From: Candidatus Peribacterales bacterium
GTDB lineage: Bacteria > Patescibacteriota > Gracilibacteria > Peribacterales > Peribacteraceae
Direction: 5' to 3'
Assembly (NCBI GenBank): GCA_035289645.1
Contig: DATDWL010000012.1
Coordinates: forward strand, 1,818 to 65,817
Length of the DNA: 64,000 bases
The position numbers were made by a program, and so were the translations under genes. Of the stretch, positions 50,753-59,329 are shown piece after piece; the stretch's first letter is position 1; each line of letters opens with the position of its first letter. The notes under the pieces are model-generated. The model made no database searches and had not been told where the DNA came from. It saw only the letters and a list, made by a program, of their open reading frames with translations.

Positions 50753-51289
50753 TTATTCGCCGCGCGAATTGTGGCGGAAAGTACTAAAGGTATTGGCATC
50801 ACGGATATCCTGAGTCCCGGCACTCGCATCATCATTCTGAGCATCCCTTTTCGTTGGATTCCCCGGAGCCTGTGCAATGGGGCCTGCAACAATTTCCGCT
50901 TCGAGCGGCTTCTTCTCCGAAGATTTTTGCTTCTTCACTTCCTTCTCCTTCTTACCTGCGGGAACAATCACGCCAAGTTTGACAGTGATGTGACTCGTAA
51001 ACTTATCAATCGGCCGAGATCGACCACGTGCCATGGGAATGGCGCGCTGATATGCCGGCCCTCTGTTAACAATAAGCTCTTTGATATAGAGATCTTTCCT
51101 CTTTTGCCCGTCGTTCTGCTCGGCATTCGCCATGGCGGAATACACTACTTTATAGAGAATGAGAGCGCCTTTTTTTGGCAGCTTTTGGAGAGTTGATAAT
51201 GCATCCACAACGCTCATACGACGAATCATCGCCGCAACGAGATTCGTTTTTTTGGGAGCAAGCCGAACTTGGCGAAGATGCGCTTTCAT
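50753..51289 (-). CDS. rplV: 50S ribosomal protein L22 (long C-terminal extension)
   Basis: MKAHLRQVRLAPKKTNLVAAMIR.. then an extension of about 60 aa. Confidence 0.9.
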   Translation of the reverse strand: MKAHLRQVRLAPKKTNLVAAMIRRMSVVDALSTLQKLPKKGALILYKVVYSAMANAEQNDGQKRKDLYIKELIVNRGPAYQRAIPMARGRSRPIDKFTSHITVKLGVIVPAGKKEKEVKKQKSSEKKPLEAEIVAGPIAQAPGNPTKRDAQNDDASAGTQDIRDANTFSTFRHNSRGE

Positions 51290-51295
51290 AAATAA

Positions 51296-51628
51296 TTATT
51301 TCTTCGGTGCGGAAGGAGCCGGTACCGGTGCTCCGGCTGTGGCAACACCGGCAGCCTGAGCCGCCGCCATTTTACCGCCGTGCACTCTGAATTTACGCGT
51401 GTAAGAGAACTCTCCAAGTTTGTGTCCCACCATCTGCTCCGTGATATACACGGGAAGAAAATCTTTACCGTTATGGACAGCAAAGGTGAATCCCACGAAC
51501 TCTGGCGGCACGTCCGATCGACGCGACCAGGTTTTGATGATCCGCTTATCGCCCTTCTCGATCATTTGCATGACCTTCTTGTAGAGCTTTGGATCAACGT
51601 ATGGGCCTTTTTTGGAGGAGCGAGCCAT
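51296..51628 (-). CDS. rpsS: 30S ribosomal protein S19 (Ala/Pro-rich C-terminal tail)
   Basis: [22 protein letters not shown]. Confidence 0.93.
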   Translation of the reverse strand: MARSSKKGPYVDPKLYKKVMQMIEKGDKRIIKTWSRRSDVPPEFVGFTFAVHNGKDFLPVYITEQMVGHKLGEFSYTRKFRVHGGKMAAAQAAGVATAGAPVPAPSAPKK

Positions 51629-51659
51629 GGGTGATAGAAAATAGACTGAAGAGTAGGAG

Positions 51660-51739
51660 GTATTACGTATTATGTATTATGTATTGAACGATACCTGGTA
51701 ATTCATACCTGATACCTAATACCTGATACCTGATACCCG
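51660..51739. repeat. Heptad-periodic inverted repeat in the rplB-rpsS spacer
   Basis: Plus strand: four heptads GTATTAC/GTATTAT/GTATTAT/GTATTGA (51660-51687), 3-nt gap, then seven in-register heptads ATACCTG/GTAATTC/ATACCTG/ATACCTA/ATACCTG/ATACCTG/ATACCCG (51691-51739). GTAT and ATAC cores are complementary. Confidence 0.85.
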
Positions 51740-51783
51740 TGTTGGAGAGGATAGATTGCATAGAAGCAAAAACAAAGGAAGAA

Positions 51784-52638
51784 CTACCGTTTTCTCCGCC
51801 CCAATTTCTTCGGGCGGCGACGGACGATCCATCGATTCGAAGGATGTTTTCGGCTGCGGGTCGGCACTCCATACGCCGGCTTTCCCCAGGGAGTCTTTGG
51901 TCCCTTCAAACCAATCGGCGAGTGTCCCTCCCCTCCTCCATGCGGGTGATCCACAGCGTTCATCGATTTTCCAAGTACCTTCGGACGGCGTCCCATCCAG
52001 CGCGTACGTCCGGCCTTTCCGATATTTACCAAGTTATGCTCGCCATTGCTCACGATGCCAATCGAGGCGTAACACGTTTTAGGCACATACCGAACCTCAC
52101 CACTTGGCAACTGCACCTGAGCATACTCACCATCGAGCGATGTGAGTGTTGCAGATGATCCTGCACTGCGACACACGGTCCCTTTCTTGCCCATTTCGAT
52201 TTGCACATTGTAGATCTTAAATCCGACAGGAATATGCATGAGCTGCATGCGATTTCCCGTTTTGATCTTCGTTCGCTCTGCACACACGATCGTATCTCCG
52301 ACTTTCATCCCTTCGGGAGCAAGAACGTAGCGACGCTCACCGTCGTTGTACATTGCGAGCGCAATCCAAGCACTGCGATTTGGATCGTACTCGATGGAAC
52401 GGATTGCCGCCGGAATCCCCTGCTTGTCGGCTTGCTGAAAATCAACAATGCGTGCAAGGCGCTTATGGCCGCCACCGCGCCTTCGCACGGTGACATGTCC
52501 GAACCCGTTACGACCGGAAATTCGTTTCTTGCCATAGGTGAGCGATTTATCGGGTTTGATCTTTGTCAGTACCGAGTAATCGATCATCGTCATCTGCCTG
52601 CGGCCGGGAGTCGTCGGCTTGAATGTTTTGAGCACCAT
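51784..52638 (-). CDS. rplB: 50S ribosomal protein L2
   Basis: MVLKTFKPTTPGRR..HPHGGGEG. Confidence 0.95.
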   Translation of the reverse strand: MVLKTFKPTTPGRRQMTMIDYSVLTKIKPDKSLTYGKKRISGRNGFGHVTVRRRGGGHKRLARIVDFQQADKQGIPAAIRSIEYDPNRSAWIALAMYNDGERRYVLAPEGMKVGDTIVCAERTKIKTGNRMQLMHIPVGFKIYNVQIEMGKKGTVCRSAGSSATLTSLDGEYAQVQLPSGEVRYVPKTCYASIGIVSNGEHNLVNIGKAGRTRWMGRRPKVLGKSMNAVDHPHGGGEGHSPIGLKGPKTPWGKPAYGVPTRSRKHPSNRWIVRRRPKKLGRRKR

Positions 52639-52640
52639 AT

Positions 52641-52937
52641 TTACGAAGTGATGGAAGTGAGATCAAGAGCTTTACTCTTCTCTGTAAGAGTCACGAGGGC
52701 ACGGCGTTCTGCCTCCCTTTTTTCGATGAACTTACCGCGTCCGATCATCCGGCGTTTGGGGACGACCTTGAGTATGCGCACTTTTATCGGCTCCACCCCA
52801 TAATGAATTCGCAGCGCGTTTTTCACATCCACCTTCGTTGCATCCGCATGAATGCGGAGCACGTATGTACGACCGATCTTCAGACGCTCTGCTTTTTCGG
52901 TGACAACGGAGCCGAGAATGACTGTTGTAAGATTCAT
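52641..52937 (-). CDS. rplW: 50S ribosomal protein L23
   Basis: Position between rplD and rplB. ..VTEKAERL..YVLRIHADATKVDVKNAL. Confidence 0.88.
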   Translation of the reverse strand: MNLTTVILGSVVTEKAERLKIGRTYVLRIHADATKVDVKNALRIHYGVEPIKVRILKVVPKRRMIGRGKFIEKREAERRALVTLTEKSKALDLTSITS

Positions 52938-53638
52938 TTCGAGGAAGGAGAGGAAGAGGCTGCTGCTTTTTTCATTTTTGGCTTCGTCTCCATCTTCACT
53001 TTCTTATTCTTGATGGAAAAAATATCCTCGGCTGCCTTCAGCGCTTCTACTAGGAAAATAAGAGTATGGGCGCCAAGGACATCCTCTGGATTAAGGTACT
53101 GCGCCAGTATCGTCTTCACGCCGGGAACATTCCTGGCTCCGCGCTCCAGCGCCTCCATGTGGGAAGGCATAATGAATACGATTTTGCGACCGGGAGAGAC
53201 AGGAAGTTTTATCAAAAGAGAAACGAGGGACTTTGTCTTGTGATCGCTGTCGTACGTTTCGAGTCCGATGATACGGCCGGCCTTCGCGCTCGCCGTTAGA
53301 CAGGAAAAGAGGGCATTGCGGCGCATTTGCCTCGGCATGGCTTTCACAAAGTTTCGTTCGTTCCGAGGGCCAAATGCTTTTGCTCCTCCTTTAAGGAGGT
53401 TCGCACTGGCAGAGCCACGTCGTGCACGACCTGTTCCTTTTTGCTGGTAGAGCTTTCGCGTACTTGCGGTCACTTCGCTCCTCGTTTTTACATGGGCAAT
53501 GGGCTTCCTGCGATTGCTTTGCTGACGAACCAACGCTTCATGCATGAGCCCTGTATTAATTGGTGCATCGAAGAGTTGAGGTGGGAGTTCCATCGTCCCC
53601 TTTTTTGCGCCGGTACTGGTGTAGACATCAATGGTCAT
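52934..53638 (-). CDS. rplD: 50S ribosomal protein L4 (Lys-rich C-terminal extension)
   Basis: ..QKGTGRARRGS...LLKGGAKAFGP.. Confidence 0.9.
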   Translation of the reverse strand: MTIDVYTSTGAKKGTMELPPQLFDAPINTGLMHEALVRQQSNRRKPIAHVKTRSEVTASTRKLYQQKGTGRARRGSASANLLKGGAKAFGPRNERNFVKAMPRQMRRNALFSCLTASAKAGRIIGLETYDSDHKTKSLVSLLIKLPVSPGRKIVFIMPSHMEALERGARNVPGVKTILAQYLNPEDVLGAHTLIFLVEALKAAEDIFSIKNKKVKMETKPKMKKAAASSSPSSK

Positions 53639-54246
53639 TTCTGTTCAGGAAGAGATTCGATATTGATAATAACCGTAGAACCATTGGGACCCGGCACAGG
53701 ACCTTTCACCGCAATCACGTTCTCCGCGGGATCCGAAATTACCACAGAACAATTATGGAGGGTGATTTGATCGCTCCCCATGCGTCCCGGGAGCTTCTTA
53801 CCACTCTGCACACGACCAGGCTTGGCGCGGCATCCGACTGATCCTGGTTCTCTGTGCTGGTGCGAACCATGCGTCCAAGGACCTGCGGAAAAGTTATAAC
53901 GCTTGATGACACCGGCAAATCCCTTCCCCTTGGAGACACCGACGACCGACACCATGCTCTCTGGAGGAATAAGTTCTGCAGTAAGAGTTTTTCCTACTTC
54001 ATATCCTTCGAGTGAAGGAACTTGGAATTCCCTCTCACAGGCAAAGCGTGTGTGCTCCTTTCCCTTTCTCGTCTTCCATTTCTTTCCCTGAATACCAAGA
54101 ACAAGGGCATCATACCCATCGCGATCCTTCATACGATGACGAACGACCGTATTTGGGTCTACCTTTAAATATGTCACAGGGACGACCGTGCCATCTTCTT
54201 GAAAGACGCGTGACATGCCGATTTTGGTCGTAATGAGTCCAAGCAT
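53635..54246 (-). CDS. rplC: 50S ribosomal protein L3
   Basis: MLGLITTKIGMSRVF..GKGFAGVIKRYNF. Confidence 0.93.
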   Translation of the reverse strand: MLGLITTKIGMSRVFQEDGTVVPVTYLKVDPNTVVRHRMKDRDGYDALVLGIQGKKWKTRKGKEHTRFACEREFQVPSLEGYEVGKTLTAELIPPESMVSVVGVSKGKGFAGVIKRYNFSAGPWTHGSHQHREPGSVGCRAKPGRVQSGKKLPGRMGSDQITLHNCSVVISDPAENVIAVKGPVPGPNGSTVIINIESLPEQK

Positions 54247-54418
54247 GGATTCAGAGGTTCAGGTCTGGCTTATCAGCTTTCCTCGACCGAGTCCGTCCGC
54301 CTAAGGCGGATGGACGAGTGGAGAGGCTGAGGCAGGACACAATGAACAAAAGCCGGGGAACTGTACCTGCCGCTTGACCCTTCCGCAAGGAATTTGAGGT
54401 AAAAAATGCAGATAATAC

Positions 54419-55201
54419 TCATTCGGCACGCGAATGTCCTGTCCACCCCGGGGGAGTGTCGCCGTCGTTTTCGTACCAAGACTGGAATCCATCGCCAATA
54501 ATGGAAACATCAATGTCGCCGTCGTTATCAACATCTTCGGTCGAAACGCTAAGAACACCACTTGATCCATTCGCAATCGAATGACGCCGCGATCCTGTTA
54601 ATCCGCCATTTTCGAACCACACAATGGCATCGCGATCGAATTGCACTTCGACACGATCTTTATCACCATCGCCATCCAAATCACCAAATGCACTTTGGAT
54701 GATAACTTGATGGGGAGAATCCTCCTCTGCATCTTCCGGCAACATCGTCATAGTCCGAATCGTGCGCCGCGTGGGAGTGGGCGGAGACGATGACGAACTT
54801 GGTATCTGTTCTTCACTGATTTTTCCACCTTCTTCCACAGCCTCTTCTGCTTCCCCTCCCCTTACTTCTAACTGCTCCTCTTCACCACCCCGCAATGAAA
54901 ATAATAATTTCAAATCATCCCATCGTTGTTTTCCCCACTGCACTACATGCATCACCCACGATGTGCTCTTGTGCCATACCCACGTCGCACTCCATTCAAC
55001 ATCCATCAAAAAAGGCTGTATTCGCTCATCCCACAGCACCACTTCCACCACTTGAATAAATGATTGTTGTGGCGCATCGACATTTTTTTCGCGCTCACGA
55101 ATGACGATGAACAGAGACCATGCGACAAGACACACGATGAGGAAGATGAATATCCTGCCCAAGGTGAGTGAAAGCTTTATACGTCGATACATGATCAACA
55201 T
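54419..55201 (-). CDS. N-terminally anchored FG-GAP/VCBS-like repeat protein
   Basis: TM helix IFIFLIVCLVAWSLFIVI. DLDGDGDKDRV..FENGG and DVDNDGDIDVSI..WYEND fit FG-GAP calcium-binding repeats. Confidence 0.6.
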   Translation of the reverse strand: MLIMYRRIKLSLTLGRIFIFLIVCLVAWSLFIVIREREKNVDAPQQSFIQVVEVVLWDERIQPFLMDVEWSATWVWHKSTSWVMHVVQWGKQRWDDLKLLFSLRGGEEEQLEVRGGEAEEAVEEGGKISEEQIPSSSSSPPTPTRRTIRTMTMLPEDAEEDSPHQVIIQSAFGDLDGDGDKDRVEVQFDRDAIVWFENGGLTGSRRHSIANGSSGVLSVSTEDVDNDGDIDVSIIGDGFQSWYENDGDTPPGWTGHSRAE

Positions 55202-55312
55202 AGTACGACACAGCGCCTATGAGCGCGAGCAAGCCTGATACGTGACTAAAAACATACGTGTAAGAAAAAACCGGGCACTGGCCCGGCTTTTCTATAGATG
55301 ATCAAATGAGTT

Positions 55313-56476
55313 TTATTCAATCAAACATGCGGCGCTGCAACCGTCACCATCGATCATATTGCCATCATCGCACGTCTCTGGAGCTTCGAGGATTCCATTC
55401 CCACAGGAAGCAGCGTCGACAGGAGCGGATTCCGCGGAAGAAGATGATGCATCGGGAAGTGTTGGAACAATAATCTGGCACATGCTCGGTGATCCCGCGC
55501 ACTCCCAACCAGATTCAATGGTGCACGCAACAGAGCAACCATCATCCGCCACGGTATTGCCATCATCGCATGTTTCGGTACCGCGCATCGTTCCATCGCC
55601 ACAGACTGGCGCAGGATCATCGGCAACATTGCGAGGATCGGTTTCACCCGCATCAACAACACCATCATGGTCAGCGTCTTCGGCGCCATCGAGCGCTCCG
55701 CCGCCATCCGTATCAGCACTCTGCGGATTTGTTTCCCCGGCATCCACGATGCCATCGCCATTGAGGTCTTCGACGCCGTTATGCAAACCATCCTGATCGC
55801 TGTCAAGACAGGACACGCGGTACACTGCATCTGCATCGCCGAGTGAAGTGCCATCGACCATCACGTAGTAACGCTTACTGCCATGGAGCTGCATCGGCGA
55901 GCCATCGGCTTCCTTTGTATCGAGTGCTCCGTACTGTTCTCCTGTAACTGCAAGTTCGGCAGGAGAAAGCCAAAATCTACCATCGAAGAGTTCTCGACCG
56001 GTTTTTCCTGCCTTCCTATTATTGGTTTCTTGATTTGAGTATTCATATCCCCATGAACGGATGCTGCCAAACGTGTGCGCCATCGTAACATCGATAGCGG
56101 GCGCAATGTCATCGGGACAATCAAAAATCACGTGTGCATCGGCCGGTGCGATAAATCCGCGTGCAGCTTCTGCCTTCGTGAAGTAGTGGATCTGAATTCC
56201 TCCTTGTTCTCCAATAAGTTGCGCAGAGAAATCAGGACTTGGTTGCTCAATTGGTTCGAGTGCCAGCGTTGGGACAAAGAGTGATTGTACCGATAGCGCT
56301 TCGGCAACGGGAGTGGATGACTCCCCGCCAACCTGTGCCACCTCGGCTGTTCCTTGTCGGAGATAGAGGAAAACGACAATACCAATAAGTGCTACGAGGA
56401 GGATGACCTCACACACGACTCGTACGACTGGGAATGGTTCATCATCCTGGAATGTTGGAGTGCTTGATTCGAGCAT
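55313..56476 (-). CDS. N-terminally anchored protein with thrombospondin type-3-like Ca-binding repeats and two Cys-rich CxDG(N) repeats
   Basis: DSDQDGLHNGVEDLNGDGIVDAGETNPQSADTDGGG..DADHDGVVDAGETDP. CGDGTMRGTETCDDGNTVADDGCSVACTIE and CGNGILEAPETCDDGNMIDGDGCSAACLIE. Confidence 0.6.
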   Translation of the reverse strand: MLESSTPTFQDDEPFPVVRVVCEVILLVALIGIVVFLYLRQGTAEVAQVGGESSTPVAEALSVQSLFVPTLALEPIEQPSPDFSAQLIGEQGGIQIHYFTKAEAARGFIAPADAHVIFDCPDDIAPAIDVTMAHTFGSIRSWGYEYSNQETNNRKAGKTGRELFDGRFWLSPAELAVTGEQYGALDTKEADGSPMQLHGSKRYYVMVDGTSLGDADAVYRVSCLDSDQDGLHNGVEDLNGDGIVDAGETNPQSADTDGGGALDGAEDADHDGVVDAGETDPRNVADDPAPVCGDGTMRGTETCDDGNTVADDGCSVACTIESGWECAGSPSMCQIIVPTLPDASSSSAESAPVDAASCGNGILEAPETCDDGNMIDGDGCSAACLIE

Positions 56477-56494
56477 AAAAAGAGTTGGAAAAAA

Positions 56495-57079
56495 TTAACG
56501 GGAATGGAGTGAGCGCACTCTTGTATAAAGGAGCGCACCACAGGTGAAAGTGAAACTGAAAATTGCAGGAATCGCAAGAGGCAGTCCTGTTGGAGCAAGC
56601 GGCGCGGCGCGGTGAACGGATTCCATTGTCTCGATTGGAGGAGCTCGACGCACGGCATGGGGAACCGGTGTCGGCAATGGAGTCTCCTCTTCTTCGACGA
56701 GTGGACGATCCGGAATACGCACCGCTCGGTTATCGCTCTCTGGAAGATTTTCATCGCTTAACATTCTCGGCCGCGCGATATTATTACTCTGAAATACTTC
56801 CGCACGCGGATCATCATGGACATCACCCGGCGTTCCTGCAGGATGCGGCGTATGACCTTGTATTGTAGAACTGGGTAAAGACGGACGAAGAGGAATCAAC
56901 GCATCGGACCCAGGCGAAGCAGGGGCAGAAGCGGAAGAAGACGAAATAGAACTCGATGATCCGCCGGTTTCTTCTTCATCACCCTGCAAAAATTGCCCGG
57001 GTGTGATGTACGCAAAGGCACTTTCTGCTGAAGAAAACGCAGTAAACATGACGAGGGCGAAACGTAGGAAAATAATCAT
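56495..57079 (-). CDS. Secreted Pro/Ser-rich protein with C-terminal LAPTG + hydrophobic + basic (sortase-type) signal
   Basis: Signal peptide MIIFLRFALVMFTAFSSAESAFA. C-terminus LAPTG-LPLAIPAIFSFTFTCGALLY-TRVRSLHSR. Confidence 0.5.
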   Translation of the reverse strand: MIIFLRFALVMFTAFSSAESAFAYITPGQFLQGDEEETGGSSSSISSSSASAPASPGSDALIPLRPSLPSSTIQGHTPHPAGTPGDVHDDPRAEVFQSNNIARPRMLSDENLPESDNRAVRIPDRPLVEEEETPLPTPVPHAVRRAPPIETMESVHRAAPLAPTGLPLAIPAIFSFTFTCGALLYTRVRSLHSR

Positions 57080-57145
57080 GGGTATGTATGTTACTTATAT
57101 TATACATTATTATTATAATATTTCAAGCACCTCCTATGTGCACTA

Positions 57146-58708
57146 CTAAAGTGAATAGGTAACTCCTCTCTCCGGCATCACAATATCCGCGGTCATGGAT
57201 TTTTTCATGCGCTCCATCAGCGCAAGCATCCCCTGCTCTTCCCCGTGCACAAGGAATAATTTTTTCACCCCTTGGATAGCGGTGATGTACGAATCAAGAT
57301 CACGCATATCCGCATGGCCGGAGTACGCGTTGATGTAGACGGTTTCCGCACGCTTGCGATACTCTTGATCGAAGATGCGAACGGTGGAAATGGATTTTTC
57401 GATGATGCGGCGCCCGAGCGTGTTTTCCGCCATGTAGCCGACAGCGAGCACCGTGGATTTTGGATCTTCGATGTAATTTGTCAGATGGTGGCGGATGCGG
57501 CCGCCTTCGCACATGCCGGAGCCCGCCATAATGATCATGGGGCCGGAATACGTGTTCAATTTTTTACTCTCCTCCACGGAGGTCGTATATCGCACAAGTG
57601 AAAACTGGAATGGATTATGGGCGCGCGAGAGGAATTGTTCGTACATCGCGCGGTCGTAGCACTCCGGATGCTTCATAAAAATTTCCGTCACGCGGGAGGC
57701 GAGGGGCGAATCAATGATGATGGGAACCTCGGGAATGTTCTTCTCGTCCCAGAGGAGATGCAGATCGTAGAGAATCTCCTGCGTTCGTTCGAGTGAAAAC
57801 GCAGGGATCAGCACCTTTCCTCCCCGCGCGACAGTCCGTTGTATGACTTCTGCAAGGCGGTGTTTTGCGGTGAGAACATCCTCGTGGAGACGATTACCAT
57901 ACGTGCTCTCGCAAATGAGCATATCGACGGGCGGCATCGGTTCTGGATCGCGAATAATGGGAAGAGTTGCTCGACCAAGATCGCCACTGAAGCCAATACG
58001 AAGAACTGGTACGTCATGCTGAGTGGAGCGACCCTGAGCCGCGTCGAAGGGGAGCGAAATCGAAGCATCTCGCATTAACATCGATGCTGAATCTCCTGAT
58101 CCTTGCGACGTGCTTCGACTACGTTCCGCCCCGCTCTGGGGGGCTTCACTTCGCTCAGCATGACGTACATGACGTAATTGATCTATCTCCAATACCACCA
58201 TCGCAGCGCCAAGCACATGCCCTGCATCTAAAAATTTTGCTTTGATGCCGGGTAATACCTCAAACCATTCACTGTAATTCTTGCCAACAAAAAGTTCTGC
58301 GCAGTTCGCTGCATCTTCTTGCGTGTAGAGCGGCCCCTCGCACGCCATCATCGTATCGGCACAGTGCTTGCGGAAAAATTCCTCATCTTTCTCCTGCAGG
58401 TATCCCCCATCCTGCAACATAACGGGGGCAAGATCCTTCGTCGCATAGGTGCAATAGATTGGACCGCGATACCCGCGCTTATGGAGAACGGGGATGCGTC
58501 CCACATGATCCATATGGGCATGTGTGAGGATAACAGCATCGATATCCTTCGATGGATCGAATACAAATGTTGAATTTTTTTCCGCAGACGCTTTGCGGCT
58601 TCCTTGAAACAATCCGCAATCAAGGAGAATGCGATGCGCGCCGATCTGGAGTTCGTGGCAAGAGCCTGTTACCTCCCGGGCCGCACCGTGGGAAATTAGC
58701 TTCATCAC
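57146..58708 (-). CDS. MBL-fold beta-CASP RNA-metabolising hydrolase (RNase J/CPSF-like) carrying an in-frame ~53-aa insertion
   Basis: GAAREVTGSCHEL, ILTHAHMDHVGRIP, DAGHVLGAA, FSGDLGR, ESTYGNRLH, C-terminal GHAD.. motifs. Confidence 0.85.
   Translation of the reverse strand: MMKLISHGAAREVTGSCHELQIGAHRILLDCGLFQGSRKASAEKNSTFVFDPSKDIDAVILTHAHMDHVGRIPVLHKRGYRGPIYCTYATKDLAPVMLQDGGYLQEKDEEFFRKHCADTMMACEGPLYTQEDAANCAELFVGKNYSEWFEVLPGIKAKFLDAGHVLGAAMVVLEIDQLRHVRHAERSEAPQSGAERSRSTSQGSGDSASMLMRDASISLPFDAAQGRSTQHDVPVLRIGFSGDLGRATLPIIRDPEPMPPVDMLICESTYGNRLHEDVLTAKHRLAEVIQRTVARGGKVLIPAFSLERTQEILYDLHLLWDEKNIPEVPIIIDSPLASRVTEIFMKHPECYDRAMYEQFLSRAHNPFQFSLVRYTTSVEESKKLNTYSGPMIIMAGSGMCEGGRIRHHLTNYIEDPKSTVLAVGYMAENTLGRRIIEKSISTVRIFDQEYRKRAETVYINAYSGHADMRDLDSYITAIQGVKKLFLVHGEEQGMLALMERMKKSMTADIVMPERGVTYSL
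58009..58168. mobile_element. MITE-like palindromic element inserted in frame in the beta-CASP gene
   Basis: Perfect 15-bp terminal inverted repeats GTACGTCATGCTGAG (58009-58023) and CTCAGCATGACGTAC (58154-58168). Interior carries CCTGAGC-CGC-GTCGAAGG (58033-58050). Confidence 0.7.
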
Positions 58709-58762
58709 AATGATTGTACACGAACAATGGCACTCACATTGTTACAATCAGCCATCTCAACC

Positions 58763-59233
58763 TTACTCTTCCATTTGGAGTAAATACTCGAGCATTTTTC
58801 GACGATTCTGTTTGCTTGCATGCATTACATTATCGGGATCAATACCCACTACTCTTCCCATGACTTCATCTCGAGGATTCTCGTCACCTCTCCTAAGGAG
58901 AAGCAAGGTTCTTATTTCTGCCCTTGATCTCAACCGGCCACCCCGCACATCAGGGATAAAAATGGGCTGCTTCCAAAAAAAAGTAAATTGATCGATGCGT
59001 CCGAAATCTTCTAATACTACATCACCTCGAAGTACTGGGTAATCGTGACACGCGAACGATTGCCCTCGTATTCCTAAGTTGCCCTCCTGCGCTTCTCCGA
59101 ACAGATAGCGATCTGATCCGGAACGAATAGCGCTATTACCGTACCGCTGCTTTAGGTAACGCAAACCCTGCGTGTACGTAGTATCGATGTACGCATCACA
59201 ATTGTTTCCAATGGGTCGAATGCGTTCATGCAT
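58763..59233 (-). CDS. Hypothetical protein
   Basis: 156-aa ORF. No family recognised. Confidence 0.4.
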   Translation of the reverse strand: MHERIRPIGNNCDAYIDTTYTQGLRYLKQRYGNSAIRSGSDRYLFGEAQEGNLGIRGQSFACHDYPVLRGDVVLEDFGRIDQFTFFWKQPIFIPDVRGGRLRSRAEIRTLLLLRRGDENPRDEVMGRVVGIDPDNVMHASKQNRRKMLEYLLQMEE

Positions 59234-59329
59234 AGGAAAAACAAGAAAATGATGAGTGGCGCATTATACATGGATGTATCGAGAAGGGTCAACTAGGATT
59301 CTCTGTGACTTCTTAGTAGAATTGGCTGG

